Assembly (NCBI GenBank): GCA_035630195.1
Contig: DASQLD010000221.1
Location: 9,528-73,527 of the forward strand
DNA length: 64,000 nt
Reading direction: 5' to 3'
Source: Bryobacteraceae bacterium
GTDB taxonomy: Bacteria > Acidobacteriota > Terriglobia > Bryobacterales > Bryobacteraceae
Position 1 is the first letter of the stretch. Each line of letters starts with the position of its first letter. Below are positions 1 to 10,052 of this stretch, one piece after another. The position numbers and the translations under genes are program-made. The notes under the pieces are model-generated. The model was not told where the DNA came from, did no database searches, and worked only from the letters and a program-made list of their open reading frames with translations.

Positions 1-3000
1 GACTGAGGAATGCTGCCATCGAGGTACTGCATATGAGCAAAACCAGCAACGGCATTCCTCTGATGTGCCCAGTCGAAGATCTTAGAAGTGGACTCTTCCC
101 AGACTTGTTGAGCTTGTGTAAGCCCTAAAGCCAAAATATGTCCCCCCAAAGCTTGGTGTGCGTATTGGGTATAAATCGCATCCCAATGCCATTCCGTATC
201 CCAATGAACAATCCGCCCTGGTATGGAGACGGAGGCATCTTGGCCATTTACTAAGGGCAAATCTGTGGCGGGATTTTGAACTTCACCATTGCCCATGTCG
301 GCGAGGAGTGAGATTACTGAAAGGTTCTGCGGCGCCATGCGATTCAAAATGCTATTTAGCGCTTCCGGGGATCCGCCACAGTTTGTGTGAACATGGATAT
401 CACCAGAAAACCAATTAGTTGGCTCTGGGCCTCCGCTTGAACCACTACTTGCAGTAGTGAATGACCAGATGCGATTGGCGGCTAAAGCATTTCCAGAAGA
501 ATCTTTCACACCGGTGGAAACAGTGGCGGTAAACGTGGTTGAGGAAGCTAGAGGACTGCTTGGTGTGAGAGTCAACACTCGAGTACTAGCGTTGTACGCG
601 ACTATTGCAGGTATGAGCGCGGACCCATTGCGAAGCGCGACGTTGGTTGTCGTAATCGTCGTTGCATCCATCGTCTCGCTAAAGGTGGCAGTGACTGTCG
701 TGCTCTGGCTAACACCGGTGGCTCCATTAGCCGGAGTCACCGAAGTGACCGTTGGCGGCGTGGTGTCGACTCCAGCAGTGGTAAATGACCAGATGTAATC
801 AGCCGTTAGCGCAGTCCCATTAGTGTCGCTGACGCCTGTGGTCAGAGTCGCAGTGTAGGTTGTGGAAGCTGCAAAGGGACTGCTGGGAGTGAGCGTCGCT
901 GTAGAGCCGGTCACATTGTAGGTACCCGGGATTGCAGTTCCGCCAGCGTTTTTCAATGTAAACGTTGAAGAAGTAATTGTTGCTGTGTTAAGAGCATTAT
1001 TGAAAGTCGCGCTTACGGGCGAATTCAACGCTATCCCCGTTGCATTGTTGGCGGGGGTGGTCGAACTGAGATTTAATGCTGTGGGGCCTACTGTGATAAC
1101 AAAAGCCACATCAACCCAATAGTTGGATGATTGGAAAGTATTACTCGGGAAGGTGTTGCCAGCGGTAGCGCTGTAGGCATATACACCGTTGCCGGCACTG
1201 ACGCCGTTCTGCAATAGATGTAGCGGCGCATTATCAACACCAGCGGTTGCGAAGTATCCATTATCGGTCGCGTAATTGCCGACTGTAGTGTGATAAGAGG
1301 CTACATAGACTGTGTTTGCGGTGACGGCTACAGGATTTGAGAAGTTCACCTGTTGCCATCCAGAAGCAGTCTCATTGATAAAGGTTGCCGTTCTGAGTAC
1401 CTGACCGGAGCTGCTCCACAGGGTGCCGACGTGAATACCTGTATTTGTAGCTCCCTTATAGAAACGAACTCCAGTGATAAAGCCATTCAGATCAGTCCTG
1501 AATTTCACTCCCAGCTCGACAGCATTCGGATCGTTTACCGCAGGGTTTCCCGGTACAGTTGAAGTGCTCCAAATCGTACACGGACACGATGGTGGAGTCG
1601 CGGTGGTGAATGACCAGATGCGATTGGCGGCCAAAGCATTTCCAGAAGAATCTTTGACACCGGTACTAATGGTGGCAGTGAATGTGCTCAAGGCGGCTAG
1701 AGGACTGCTTGGCGTAAGCGTTACCACTCTGGTCGTGGCATTATAGGCAACTGTTGCAGGTATGAGCACGGAACCATTGCGCAGCGCGACGTTGGTTGTT
1801 GTAATCGTCGTCACGTCCATTGCTTCGCTGAAGGTAGCAGTGACGGTTGTGCTCTGGTTAACGCCGGTAGCTCCACTGGCCGGAGACACTGATGTCACGG
1901 TCGGCGGTGTCGTGTCGGATCCATAAGTTGCCGTGTAGTTTCCGGCGCCGGCGGAGAAAAATGCATATTCCACACCTTTAATGATGTCTAGCGTAAAGCT
2001 GACAGCGCCGTTGGGACCTGTGAGGGCATTGAGAACTCCAGAGGTAGAGTTCCTCGGAACCATGGCTTGTAGTCCGTTTGCGCCATTGCCAGGTGAAATG
2101 CTGAAAGTCAATGTACTGCCATTCCATGCCAGCCCACTAAATGAGGAGTTATTTCGGCCGTCCAACCAAGTCAACATTTGAGCACTTGACACGACGGGAA
2201 TCCCCCGCGCAAGAGCTGAAGGGACGACCGCATCAGAGACCGGATTTGTGGCAGTATCGGCATGAGAGTTCACGGTATAAACGCCATAAAAGCCCTGCGG
2301 TCCAACGGCTGCGTTTAAAAGGACATCGCCGGTCAGCGGGTAGCTCTGCCCCGATTCATCAGTCATCTGAGTGGGAGCGTTGTAGACATCGATGAGGGTG
2401 CCGTCAAGATCTGCAAAACGCATCGGCATGGCGGATCCGGTGAAGTGGCCGGGTCGGCCTTGTCCCCACCCCGGAGGCCAGAAATAGTAGTTCGTGTCCA
2501 ACCGCATTCCATTCGCGAGTTGTATTTTCGCGCCCGATGCCCAATCGCTCCATACAAGGCAATGGTGGCGCTGTGTCGGTAGAGTCGTGATGCTAGGGTA
2601 AGAAGCTCTGAAATCAGCGATCTGCTGACTGTAAATTGCATTCAGCGAGACGGGCGTGAAGTCGTCGCAGTTGGTGTTGATATGCAGTCCCACCTCAAAT
2701 CCTTGAGCCGCGTAGCTCGCTACTTGGGCATTCGTCATGTTCTGAGGCTGAACGTACATATATGAGGTCGAGCGAATGCATTCCCAATTCGCCACGTTAC
2801 AACCCGCCGGGCTAGCGGCAATCTCCTGGTCAAAACGACCCGCGGTTCCGCCATTCCCGTGATCATCACCAGTCATAACGACCACTGCCTTCTTTCCACG
2901 CGGGAAGTACCAGAAGCGTGGCAATGGTTTTTTCGCAAGATTCATCTGGAGAATCAGATTAGAGAGCAACCGCTGCTGCTCATCTGCTTGCGGAATCGAC

Positions 3001-3782
3001 ACTAGTGTGTCCAGGTCCACCCAATCGGTTTGCAGGTCTTCTGTAGCGGCGCCAAAGAACTTGTCATTGGAGCGGATGGGCGTAAAACCATCACGCTCCT
3101 GCGCCGCCCAAGCCGGATTTCCCTGCCGCGTATAAACGATGGACGTCGCGAGATCATATGCGAATGCCGCTGCGTGGCCACCATTCGTGCCGATGCTTCG
3201 CAGAGTTACAGCTGGGTTAGCGGTGGCGGTGGTGGAATTCGTATAGAGAGTGGCAACGCTCGAAGCACCGTTGAGTGTGTATGCGGCGGCTGTGCCGTGA
3301 AACTGCATGGATTGGCTGACGATGCCAGCGCCGACCGCTGTAGATGTATCGACGCGCATATAGGCATTTGAGAGCGTCGCGGCCGTTGACGTAAGCCCGA
3401 GCAAACTATCGAGTTGCGAATTGGGCCGCATGGCAATAAAGTTACCGCCAGCATTCACCCAGTTGGTAAACATAGTGACCTGACTGGGGGTCAGCGTCAT
3501 CGGACCCGCAAGGATAACTACTTCGTAGGAAGCCAGTGTGGTCGGCGTCACTAGAGCAATATCACTTACGGCGAATTCGTTCAGCCCTTCGGTTCGTAGG
3601 ATTTCCGCGTAATACTTGCCGAATGTAGAAGAAGACGACGTTATAGCCAGAATGGGACCGCCAGGCCCTTGGTTAGGATCCTGGGCATTAGCGCGTTGCG
3701 CCGTAGCAGCCCAAGAGAGCAGCAATACGGACCCTATGACTGCTCTACAAAAATGATTCGTTACTCGCGTTCTACCCACCAT
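1..3782 (-). CDS. Large secreted multidomain protein whose 3' end runs off the window start (at least 1260 aa). Contains a signal peptide, a CE4-like deacetylase-type region, three SbsA/Big_5-type Ig-like modules, a DUF4082 domain and the start of a PHP/CehA-like metallohydrolase domain.
   Basis: Absent from the ORF track because no stop lies in the window. My own minus-strand translation from ATG 3780-3782 (MVGRTRVTNHFCRAVIGSVLLLSWAATAQRANA-QD) stays open to base 1. Motifs read: VVVMTGDDHGNGG and GFEVGLHINT (deacetylase-like); repeated TPPTVTSV.PA.GATGV...IWSFTT modules; VELGVKFRTDLNGFITGVRFYKG...SSNYWVDV (DUF4082); GDIHVHTNCGG (PHP-like). Confidence 0.75.
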   Translation of the reverse strand, partial: MVGRTRVTNHFCRAVIGSVLLLSWAATAQRANAQDPNQGPGGPILAITSSSSTFGKYYAEILRTEGLNEFAVSDIALVTPTTLASYEVVILAGPMTLTPSQVTMFTNWVNAGGNFIAMRPNSQLDSLLGLTSTAATLSNAYMRVDTSTAVGAGIVSQSMQFHGTAAAYTLNGASSVATLYTNSTTATANPAVTLRSIGTNGGHAAAFAYDLATSIVYTRQGNPAWAAQERDGFTPIRSNDKFFGAATEDLQTDWVDLDTLVSIPQADEQQRLLSNLILQMNLAKKPLPRFWYFPRGKKAVVVMTGDDHGNGGTAGRFDQEIAASPAGCNVANWECIRSTSYMYVQPQNMTNAQVASYAAQGFEVGLHINTNCDDFTPVSLNAIYSQQIADFRASYPSITTLPTQRHHCLVWSDWASGAKIQLANGMRLDTNYYFWPPGWGQGRPGHFTGSAMPMRFADLDGTLIDVYNAPTQMTDESGQSYPLTGDVLLNAAVGPQGFYGVYTVNSHADTATNPVSDAVVPSALARGIPVVSSAQMLTWLDGRNNSSFSGLAWNGSTLTFSISPGNGANGLQAMVPRNSTSGVLNALTGPNGAVSFTLDIIKGVEYAFFSAGAGNYTATYGSDTTPPTVTSVSPASGATGVNQSTTVTATFSEAMDVTTITTTNVALRNGSVLIPATVAYNATTRVVTLTPSSPLAALSTFTATISTGVKDSSGNALAANRIWSFTTATPPSCPCTIWSTSTVPGNPAVNDPNAVELGVKFRTDLNGFITGVRFYKGATNTGIHVGTLWSSSGQVLRTATFINETASGWQQVNFSNPVAVTANTVYVASYHTTVGNYATDNGYFATAGVDNAPLHLLQNGVSAGNGVYAYSATAGNTFPSNTFQSSNYWVDVAFVITVGPTALNLSSTTPANNATGIALNSPVSATFNNALNTATITSSTFTLKNAGGTAIPGTYNVTGSTATLTPSSPFAASTTYTATLTTGVSDTNGTALTADYIWSFTTAGVDTTPPTVTSVTPANGATGVSQSTTVTATFSETMDATTITTTNVALRNGSALIPAIVAYNASTRVLTLTPSSPLASSTTFTATVSTGVKDSSGNALAANRIWSFTTASSGSSGGPEPTNWFSGDIHVHTNCGGSPEALNSILNRMAPQNLSVISLLADMGNGEVQNPATDLPLVNGQDASVSIPGRIVHWDTEWHWDAIYTQYAHQALGGHILALGLTQAQQVWEESTSKIFDWAHQRNAVAGFAHMQYLDGSIPQ
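457..775 (-). repeat. Intragenic repeat copy A, encoding one Ig-like module of the 1-3782 protein
   Basis: Begins gtgaatgaccagatgcgattggcgg. It aligns with the segment starting at 1606 (period 1149 bp). The first ~55 nt are almost identical; I estimate ~80% identity overall by eye. The ORF track shows the same antisense peptide VVNDQMRLAAKAFPEES at both places. Confidence 0.8.
1606..1919 (-). repeat. Intragenic repeat copy B, encoding a second Ig-like module of the 1-3782 protein
   Basis: Same evidence as copy A. Both copies encode TPPTVTSV(S/T)PA(S/N)GATGV(N/S)QSTTVTATFSE.MD.TTITTTNVALRNGS.LIPA.VAYNA.TRV.TLTPSSPLA...FTAT(I/V)STGVKDSSGNALAANRIWSFTTA. Confidence 0.8.
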
Positions 3783-3854
3783 ACTTATGTCCTTGCATTC
3801 CGAAGAAGAAGCTAAACACACGTAAATCGAAAGAGGGATGCCACTCGACGCCGC

Positions 3855-6083
3855 TCATAATGCTCCGGGCACCCTGATGGTGATAAGTTTTGCTCCCGAG
3901 ACTAAATTCCAGAGCGTGATTTCTCCACTTTCACTTGCACTCGCCAAAAACAATCCCTTGGGATCAAAAGCAAAGGTATTGATTGCACCGGTTGACCCGG
4001 CAAGAACCTTGTTCAGAGCGCCAGTTGCGGCATTCCATAACCTGATCTGCGTGTCTTCGCCGGCGCTTGCGATTAAGCGACCATCGGGGCTGAAGGCTAG
4101 CGTTCGTATCGGAGCCGAATGTCCGCGAAGAACTTGACGCTGTTGTCCTTTGACCGGATCCCACAAGTGAATCTCAGTGTCTTGGCCCGCACTGGCCAAC
4201 ACTGTCCCATTCGGACTAAAGGCAACAGCATCGATTGATCCGGAGTGTCCAAGTAAGGTAAAGAGAAGCTTTCCGGTGGCGACATCGAAGATTAGAACAC
4301 GAGTGTCCTCGCCCGCACTGGCCAAAAGCTGGCTGTCTGGGCTGAAAGAAAGGGTATTGACGAAATCTTTTGAACCGAAGAGGACTTTGGCCAATTTACG
4401 ACTGTTTTGATGCCACACCATGATGCGGGTGCCTTCCCCTGCGGTGGCCAACCAGGAGCCGTTAGGGCTAGTCGTGATAGCGTTTACAGCATTCTCATGC
4501 CCCGCGAGTTGCGCAAGTTCCCTGCCACTGGTTTTGTCCCAAAGGCGTACTAGGCTATCTTTGCCGGCGCTGATCAGCCCAGCCCGGGAAAAGGCAAGAC
4601 TAGTGGGTATGCCGAGTGAACGTGGAAGCGTTAGCTGCTGCGTACCTGTAACAGGACTCCAAATAATAATCCGTTTATCTGTACCTGCGCTCGCAAGAGC
4701 ACTGCCGTCTTCGCTCAAAGCGATAGCAGTAACACCCCGGCGCACACGTTTGCGAATCTTGGCGAACTGTCCCTGGGCGTGTGTAATAGACGTAGTACCC
4801 GCGCTGGGTTGGCCCGTGCTCAACATGGAGGCTGCGCTTTTAATCTGCGGCATGGTGGCGACGATGTGTTGCGAGGGAATGGATCCAGGAAGTGGGTTGG
4901 CTCGTAGGGGGATCTGGGTAGCGCCAAGTATGTCAATAGAGAAGGCGACCGCAAGGGGGTCTGACGACGCCGATTGACCCCAACCTCCATCAACTCTCTG
5001 GTTATCGACTAGCCACTGGTTGTAATCTTCCCACCAGGTACACGGTACTTCACTAGATTGTTTTGCGAAACCCTTCTTGGCAGTTGAGTGACACCCACCA
5101 ATGCGTGTTGTGTCATTCAACCCAATAGTTGCAGCTAAGCCGTTATAAACCGACCACATCGCTAGGGGTTGACCAAAAGCGCCCCCTTGTTCGACTGAAG
5201 GTGATTGCCACTCGGTATTCAGAAAAGAAAGCGCCGCCTGAAGCTTCGAATTCGTTAGATCGTAGCCAACGAACTTCATAGCTAGGAGCCAACCGCCAGT
5301 GTCAGCCTGAGCGCACGGATTGGTATCAGGTTGAGAACACACTGCGCCAGTAGCGCTTTGGATGTTGTTTAGCCAGACCGTTAGCGCATCTTTTGTGGCC
5401 TCGGGAGTAATAGCACCTAAAGTTTCGTTATAGATTAGTGAGATGGCGGCCCACTGAGTATCAGCACTGGTCGCATCGCCGTTGCCAGGGATTAGACTAG
5501 GCCAGCCCCCGGTTCTATTTCTGTTGACATTGGTACTTTGAGTAGCAGCAAGCGTATTAGTGATACTCTGAGCAATCTGCCCCCATGTCATTCCTGCGAG
5601 TGGCCCACTGACAGTTGCGACGGTATCCGGACCTACGGTTAATCCATAGGCGGCAATGGCTGGTGCTACCAGTCCGGTGGTGAACGTCGATCTGGAATTA
5701 CCGAACCAATAAACACCCGTGCACGAGCCAGCGCGACCAGGACATATGTTCACGCCGTCATTTCTGGTACTTACTTCGGTAGTGTTGGCAGTGCTTATAA
5801 GATAGGCGATTCCCGTTTCGACCGCGGTCTTGTAAATGAAAGCGTTACTGCCCCAACTGTCGTGATGTCTTAGGAAGGAAGATACGCCCGCTCCTGTGGC
5901 AGCCTGCTCGTAACCCGAAAAGTTCCAATATCCACCAGACTGCTGGGTCGCATACAAGTAGGCCAAACCTTTTTGGATAGCATTGCGCTTTTCCGCTTCC
6001 GTCGCCGCCACGGCTGCAGGTATCCACCCAATGACAGATGCGAATAACATCGCGCTAAGCACGGCCGTTATAGATCGCTTCAT
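3855..6083 (-). CDS. Secreted fusion protein: N-terminal prenyltransferase/terpene-cyclase-like alpha-alpha toroid region plus a C-terminal WD40 beta-propeller (about 7 repeats)
   Basis: Signal peptide MKRSITAVLSAMLFASVIGWIPAAVAA. Toroid-type repeats QQSGGYWNF, NRTGGWPS, ADTGGWLL, RVDGGWGQ. WD40 repeats LAGHENAVNAITTSPNGSWLATAGEGTRIMVWH, LLGHSGSIDAVAFSPNGTVLASAGQDTEIHLWD, LRGHSAPIRTLAFSPDGRLIASAGEDTQIRLWN. Confidence 0.8.
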   Translation of the reverse strand: MKRSITAVLSAMLFASVIGWIPAAVAATEAEKRNAIQKGLAYLYATQQSGGYWNFSGYEQAATGAGVSSFLRHHDSWGSNAFIYKTAVETGIAYLISTANTTEVSTRNDGVNICPGRAGSCTGVYWFGNSRSTFTTGLVAPAIAAYGLTVGPDTVATVSGPLAGMTWGQIAQSITNTLAATQSTNVNRNRTGGWPSLIPGNGDATSADTQWAAISLIYNETLGAITPEATKDALTVWLNNIQSATGAVCSQPDTNPCAQADTGGWLLAMKFVGYDLTNSKLQAALSFLNTEWQSPSVEQGGAFGQPLAMWSVYNGLAATIGLNDTTRIGGCHSTAKKGFAKQSSEVPCTWWEDYNQWLVDNQRVDGGWGQSASSDPLAVAFSIDILGATQIPLRANPLPGSIPSQHIVATMPQIKSAASMLSTGQPSAGTTSITHAQGQFAKIRKRVRRGVTAIALSEDGSALASAGTDKRIIIWSPVTGTQQLTLPRSLGIPTSLAFSRAGLISAGKDSLVRLWDKTSGRELAQLAGHENAVNAITTSPNGSWLATAGEGTRIMVWHQNSRKLAKVLFGSKDFVNTLSFSPDSQLLASAGEDTRVLIFDVATGKLLFTLLGHSGSIDAVAFSPNGTVLASAGQDTEIHLWDPVKGQQRQVLRGHSAPIRTLAFSPDGRLIASAGEDTQIRLWNAATGALNKVLAGSTGAINTFAFDPKGLFLASASESGEITLWNLVSGAKLITIRVPGAL

Positions 6084-6356
6084 AAAATCACCTCAAAAAA
6101 TACGTTCATCTAGCATGTTTAGAACGCCATCGCAACTAGCGTTTGTTAGTTTCCAAATGCCATCAAGGACGAGGCCCGCTATGCGCTTTATTGTCGAAGG
6201 AGTGCGTAGTAACCGTCCGGCACCACTCAATGGAAGAACCTGAAGGGGTCGGCTCCGATTCGTAAATCTTATACGCCTGCAATGTTGTTGTAAACGTAAT
6301 AGAGGTTCGGGGTTGTGAGTGCCGGAAAGTGAACAGAACGTTTTAATAACAACGTC

Positions 6357-8045
6357 TTATGGAGTTGGAAGTTCCACCTTGACTTCGTTGGAGAGCGCAC
6401 TCTCGGTACTCCAAGGATCGACTGCGGTCGCGGTATAGAAGTAAGTCACACCAGAGATTACATCGTTGTCGACGTATGTGGTCGAAGCTATTGGTGAGGT
6501 GTTGAGCTTGATATAGGCCTTCCCTGATGTTGTTGTGCGATATAGGTTATAGCCGATAACATTTGTAGAAGTGCTAGCTGTCCAACTCAAAGCGACCCTA
6601 TGCTGCTCACCACTGGGAATCAGGAGCACAACATCCACCCAGTAATTGCTAGCCTGGTATGTTTGATCAGGGAAGCCGCCACCTTCGGCGTATACAAAAA
6701 TGCCGTTAGGTCCGTCGACCTCATCCGCAAGCACGTGCAATGGTGTCTTGCTTACTCCTGCTTTGAAGAAGCCAATACTAGCGGCATACCCCCCGTTGGG
6801 GGCATAGTATGAAATTACATACGTCGTATTGGCTGCGATTCGGATAGGCGATGGGAATAAGGCCTGCTGCCAACCTATATTGGTTTCATTAACGAAGGTG
6901 ACCGAAGCCAGTCGAGTACCGTCCGCAGACCACAAACTCCCGACGTGTGTGCCTGTATTCTGAGGGCTTTTGTAAAACCTGACAGCCGTGACGTAGCCCG
7001 TAACGTCGGAACGAAACTTCATTCCGAGTTCTATTGGCTTGGTTTCATCACTAAGGAGATCTGGCTTGGCCACATCCGACCAGGTGGTGGAAACGCCCAC
7101 AGCTCTAAAAACAGCACTAGTTGGTATCGTTTGTACATTGCCACTATCATCAAACGCGCGGACGAGCACGGTCCAATATTCCGATAATGAGTACGGTGTC
7201 CAGTCATACGTCCAATTCTCGTGGCCCTTCGCTTGGTGCCAGGTCTGCCCCTGATCAACTGAGACTTCAACCCCGGCTACCACGCCTTCACTATCCAAGG
7301 CAGAACCAGATATCGTATTCTTCACACCATATTGCAGCGCCAAGAGGGACGTGAAGGTAGACGTGGGTGGCGCTGTATCTATCGACTGTGTCGCAGGTTT
7401 TAGTAAAGGAGCAGATGTTGAGGCCTGAACGCTCGTATATGCGGGCAGGTTGATAGTCGCTTGTTCCATTCCCAAATCTGGTGAACCGCCTTCGCCATCG
7501 TGGTACTCATCCTGCCATGTTTCGTTGGCAGTTTTGAACAAAACCTCTGACTGGCTTGCATCATTACGAACAACAAAGATGATGTGACTTGCGCCTTTCG
7601 TATCCGACCACCGGAGCAGTGCAAGGTAAATTCCTGATACCGCTGTCGACGGCACATCCCATGACGCGGCAACCGACCACTTTTCACGATCTACAAGCTT
7701 TGTGGTACCGTCCGTCAAGCAGGGTGGTTGAATGTGTGGAAGAGAGACTGACGGACGGATAGTCGTTATCTTGCGGGCACCGTCGCCGCCATAATACCCC
7801 AACCGATAAATATCAATTTGATAGCTTGCAGCATCGGTATTGATGTTGAACAACACGGTTTCGCCGGCATTGATACTCATGCCCGTTGCGAACCCCTGAA
7901 AGCTTGGATCACCGTATCCACTGGTAGTCCACCGGGTATTTTCGGGTAGAAGATTCTCGCCGGCCATAGGGTTCGGGCAGGCTTGCGCGTGTACTGTTTC
8001 CAGTACAATGAGACACGCGAGTACAGTGATTCGGAGTGCTAGCAA
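6357..8045 (-). CDS. Secreted DUF4082 domain protein with an N-terminal beta-sandwich (DIYRLGYYGG type), an Ig-like module and a C-terminal fibronectin type III domain
   Basis: TTG start followed by a signal-like LALRITVLACLIVLETVHAQA. DUF4082 core GMKFRSDVTGYVTAVRFYKSPQNTGTHVGSLW...QASNYWVDVVL. FN3 LSWTASTSTNVIGYNLYRTT...GVTYFYTATAVD. Confidence 0.75.
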   Translation of the reverse strand: MLALRITVLACLIVLETVHAQACPNPMAGENLLPENTRWTTSGYGDPSFQGFATGMSINAGETVLFNINTDAASYQIDIYRLGYYGGDGARKITTIRPSVSLPHIQPPCLTDGTTKLVDREKWSVAASWDVPSTAVSGIYLALLRWSDTKGASHIIFVVRNDASQSEVLFKTANETWQDEYHDGEGGSPDLGMEQATINLPAYTSVQASTSAPLLKPATQSIDTAPPTSTFTSLLALQYGVKNTISGSALDSEGVVAGVEVSVDQGQTWHQAKGHENWTYDWTPYSLSEYWTVLVRAFDDSGNVQTIPTSAVFRAVGVSTTWSDVAKPDLLSDETKPIELGMKFRSDVTGYVTAVRFYKSPQNTGTHVGSLWSADGTRLASVTFVNETNIGWQQALFPSPIRIAANTTYVISYYAPNGGYAASIGFFKAGVSKTPLHVLADEVDGPNGIFVYAEGGGFPDQTYQASNYWVDVVLLIPSGEQHRVALSWTASTSTNVIGYNLYRTTTSGKAYIKLNTSPIASTTYVDNDVISGVTYFYTATAVDPWSTESALSNEVKVELPTP

Positions 8046-8085
8046 ACCGTGTCAGAAATTTTAGATCATTGTGCCGACAGATGCT

Positions 8086-8976
8086 TTATCGAGGCGTGTC
8101 ACTTTTAGGAGTGGCTTGCGAGCCACTGTACTGATAATAAGAGGAGTAGGAACGGTTTAGCTTCTCAATTCCGTTGAGAACAAGACCTAAAATGTGCTTT
8201 CGCCCGAGAAGAGCGATGGCGTCATTTATTGCCTTTTCAGGAGTACCGCCGGCCTTAGCCACCAATAACGTTCCATCAACGTGTTGCTGTAGCGCCACAG
8301 CGTCGCTCAATGGAAGAACTGGAGGTGAATCGACCACAACCCAGTCGAACTGGGACGTGAGCCTCTGAAACAAGATTGCCAGCTCCTGAGGTTGCAACAG
8401 TTCTGTCGGACTAGCGACACTGCGCTGGCCGGCTGGCAAAAAATGCCACCCAAATGGCTCGATACGACGGATGGTAGAAATTGGAGTTATCCGACCATGC
8501 AGACATTCAGCCAGACCAGCCTCCTCCTCAAGATGAAGCTGTTGCGTAATCGAGCGGCGGTGGAGGTCCGCATCCACCAGCAAAACCGATCGTTTCTTCT
8601 CTTCAGCCAACGCAGTGACAAGATTGAGAGCAGTTGTGGATTTACCATCGGCAGGTAGAGGGCTGGTAACCAGGAGAGTTTTCAGTTTCCCCGCCTTCCA
8701 ACACTCTCCAAGACGCATTCGTAGCAATCGAAACCTATCTGCGGCTATGCTCGCAGGATCTGTGTGAAAGATGATGGGGCAGGCCAAATGCCTCACATAG
8801 ACTTCTTCCACCTGAAGCTCCTTCGGCTCGGCTTTGAATACCAACGGATGATGTACGCCCTCGGAGTTTCTGAGTTGATCCGGTGCGGCGGAAGCTCCGG
8901 CACCATAAATGAATGGAAGCGCTATCTCGGAAACGTCTCCCTGCGCCTTACGTAAGGCGTCAAATATCTTACTCAC
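8086..8976 (-). CDS. Bacterial tyrosine autokinase (BY-kinase, CpsD/CapB-type P-loop ATPase), exopolysaccharide co-polymerase partner
   Basis: Walker A LVTSPLPADGKSTTALNL; Walker A' VLLVDADLHRRS; Walker B VVVDSPPVLPLSDA. C-terminal Tyr cluster RSYSSYYQYSGS. GTG start preceded by GGAGGG. Confidence 0.85.
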   Translation of the reverse strand: MSKIFDALRKAQGDVSEIALPFIYGAGASAAPDQLRNSEGVHHPLVFKAEPKELQVEEVYVRHLACPIIFHTDPASIAADRFRLLRMRLGECWKAGKLKTLLVTSPLPADGKSTTALNLVTALAEEKKRSVLLVDADLHRRSITQQLHLEEEAGLAECLHGRITPISTIRRIEPFGWHFLPAGQRSVASPTELLQPQELAILFQRLTSQFDWVVVDSPPVLPLSDAVALQQHVDGTLLVAKAGGTPEKAINDAIALLGRKHILGLVLNGIEKLNRSYSSYYQYSGSQATPKSDTPR

Positions 8977-8985
8977 AGATCCCTC

Positions 8986-9978
8986 CTAGTCCAGCCCAAA
9001 CAAAACCCGCCAACCGCGCCGTGGTGTGTATCGGTCGAGCGTCGGCATCACAATTTGTTGACTAGACTGTTGTGTTGTCCGTTGAACGGCCACTGCTTCA
9101 TCTTGTTCGTTATTCTTGCTCACCGATTGGGAATCACGACCCGACGTAGTCACGGTAATGTTCCTTTTGGGATAAGTTAAATGTAGATCTGTGGCTACTG
9201 CATTGATCACGGTCTGATCGATGGTGCGCTGACCTTGAGCAAAACCGAAGATAAGAGCGTTCTCGCAAATTGAGTTGATCAGGCGAGGAATACCAGCACT
9301 GATATCCTGAATAACGGCGATGGCGCCAGCGTCAAACGGTAAGGACGCATCAGAACAACGTGCCCAGCGATATCGCATGTAAGCAACAATAGTGTCCGGC
9401 GTCAGCGGCTTAATATGCAGACGTGTTGTCACACGTTGTTTTAGTTGCCGGAGTTCGTAGCGGTCCAAGGTATCAGCGAGTTCGTCTTGGCCTGCGAGAA
9501 TCACCTGAATCAGCTTTTCTTTATCAGTCTCGAAATTCGTCAACAGGCGAATTTCCTCAAGCACCTGAGGGCTCAATCGCTGCGCCTCGTCAATAACTAA
9601 CACTGCAACTTTGTTGTTTTTATGAACTTCAATGAGAAATCGATGAAGCTTTGTTAGAAGCGCATCTTTTGCACACTCTTCTGTATCGATTCCGAAATCT
9701 CCAACGCATGTTCGCAGGAACTCTGCTGGGCTGAGCGTAGGATTCACGACTACACTAAAGACCGCTCGAGTTTCTGGCAGAGACCGCATCAGAGCTCGCA
9801 GTAGAGTAGTTTTACCGGTCCCGGCATCGCCAACTAAAACCGAGAATCCCCGGCGAGCTAATACTGCGTACATCAAACTCGCGACGGCTTCTCTCTGTTC
9901 ATCCGATAGGAACAGGTAGTCAGGATCGGGTGTCAGAGCGAAAGGGTTCGTGCGTACGTTGTAAAACTGTTCGTACAT
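8986..9978 (-). CDS. ExeA-family AAA ATPase of the type associated with exosortase/PEP-CTERM EPS loci
   Basis: N-terminus MYEQFYNVRTNPFALTPDPDYLFLSDEQREAVASL. P-loop GDAGTGKTTLLRAL. Walker B VLVIDEAQRL. Confidence 0.8.
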   Translation of the reverse strand: MYEQFYNVRTNPFALTPDPDYLFLSDEQREAVASLMYAVLARRGFSVLVGDAGTGKTTLLRALMRSLPETRAVFSVVVNPTLSPAEFLRTCVGDFGIDTEECAKDALLTKLHRFLIEVHKNNKVAVLVIDEAQRLSPQVLEEIRLLTNFETDKEKLIQVILAGQDELADTLDRYELRQLKQRVTTRLHIKPLTPDTIVAYMRYRWARCSDASLPFDAGAIAVIQDISAGIPRLINSICENALIFGFAQGQRTIDQTVINAVATDLHLTYPKRNITVTTSGRDSQSVSKNNEQDEAVAVQRTTQQSSQQIVMPTLDRYTPRRGWRVLFGLD

Positions 9979-10052
9979 TATGAATGAAACTCGTCGTATG
10001 TTCGTAAGAACCGTCTGGCATCCGTAAAGATATCAAGTGTCATAAAAGGTCG

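Noticed and set aside
3838-4977. Plus-strand ORFs (99, 77 and 185 aa) antisense to the WD40 region
   Set aside because: They mirror the repetitive WD40 coding sequence on the opposite strand. Their composition is Ala/Ser/Pro/Arg-rich, and there is no independent support.
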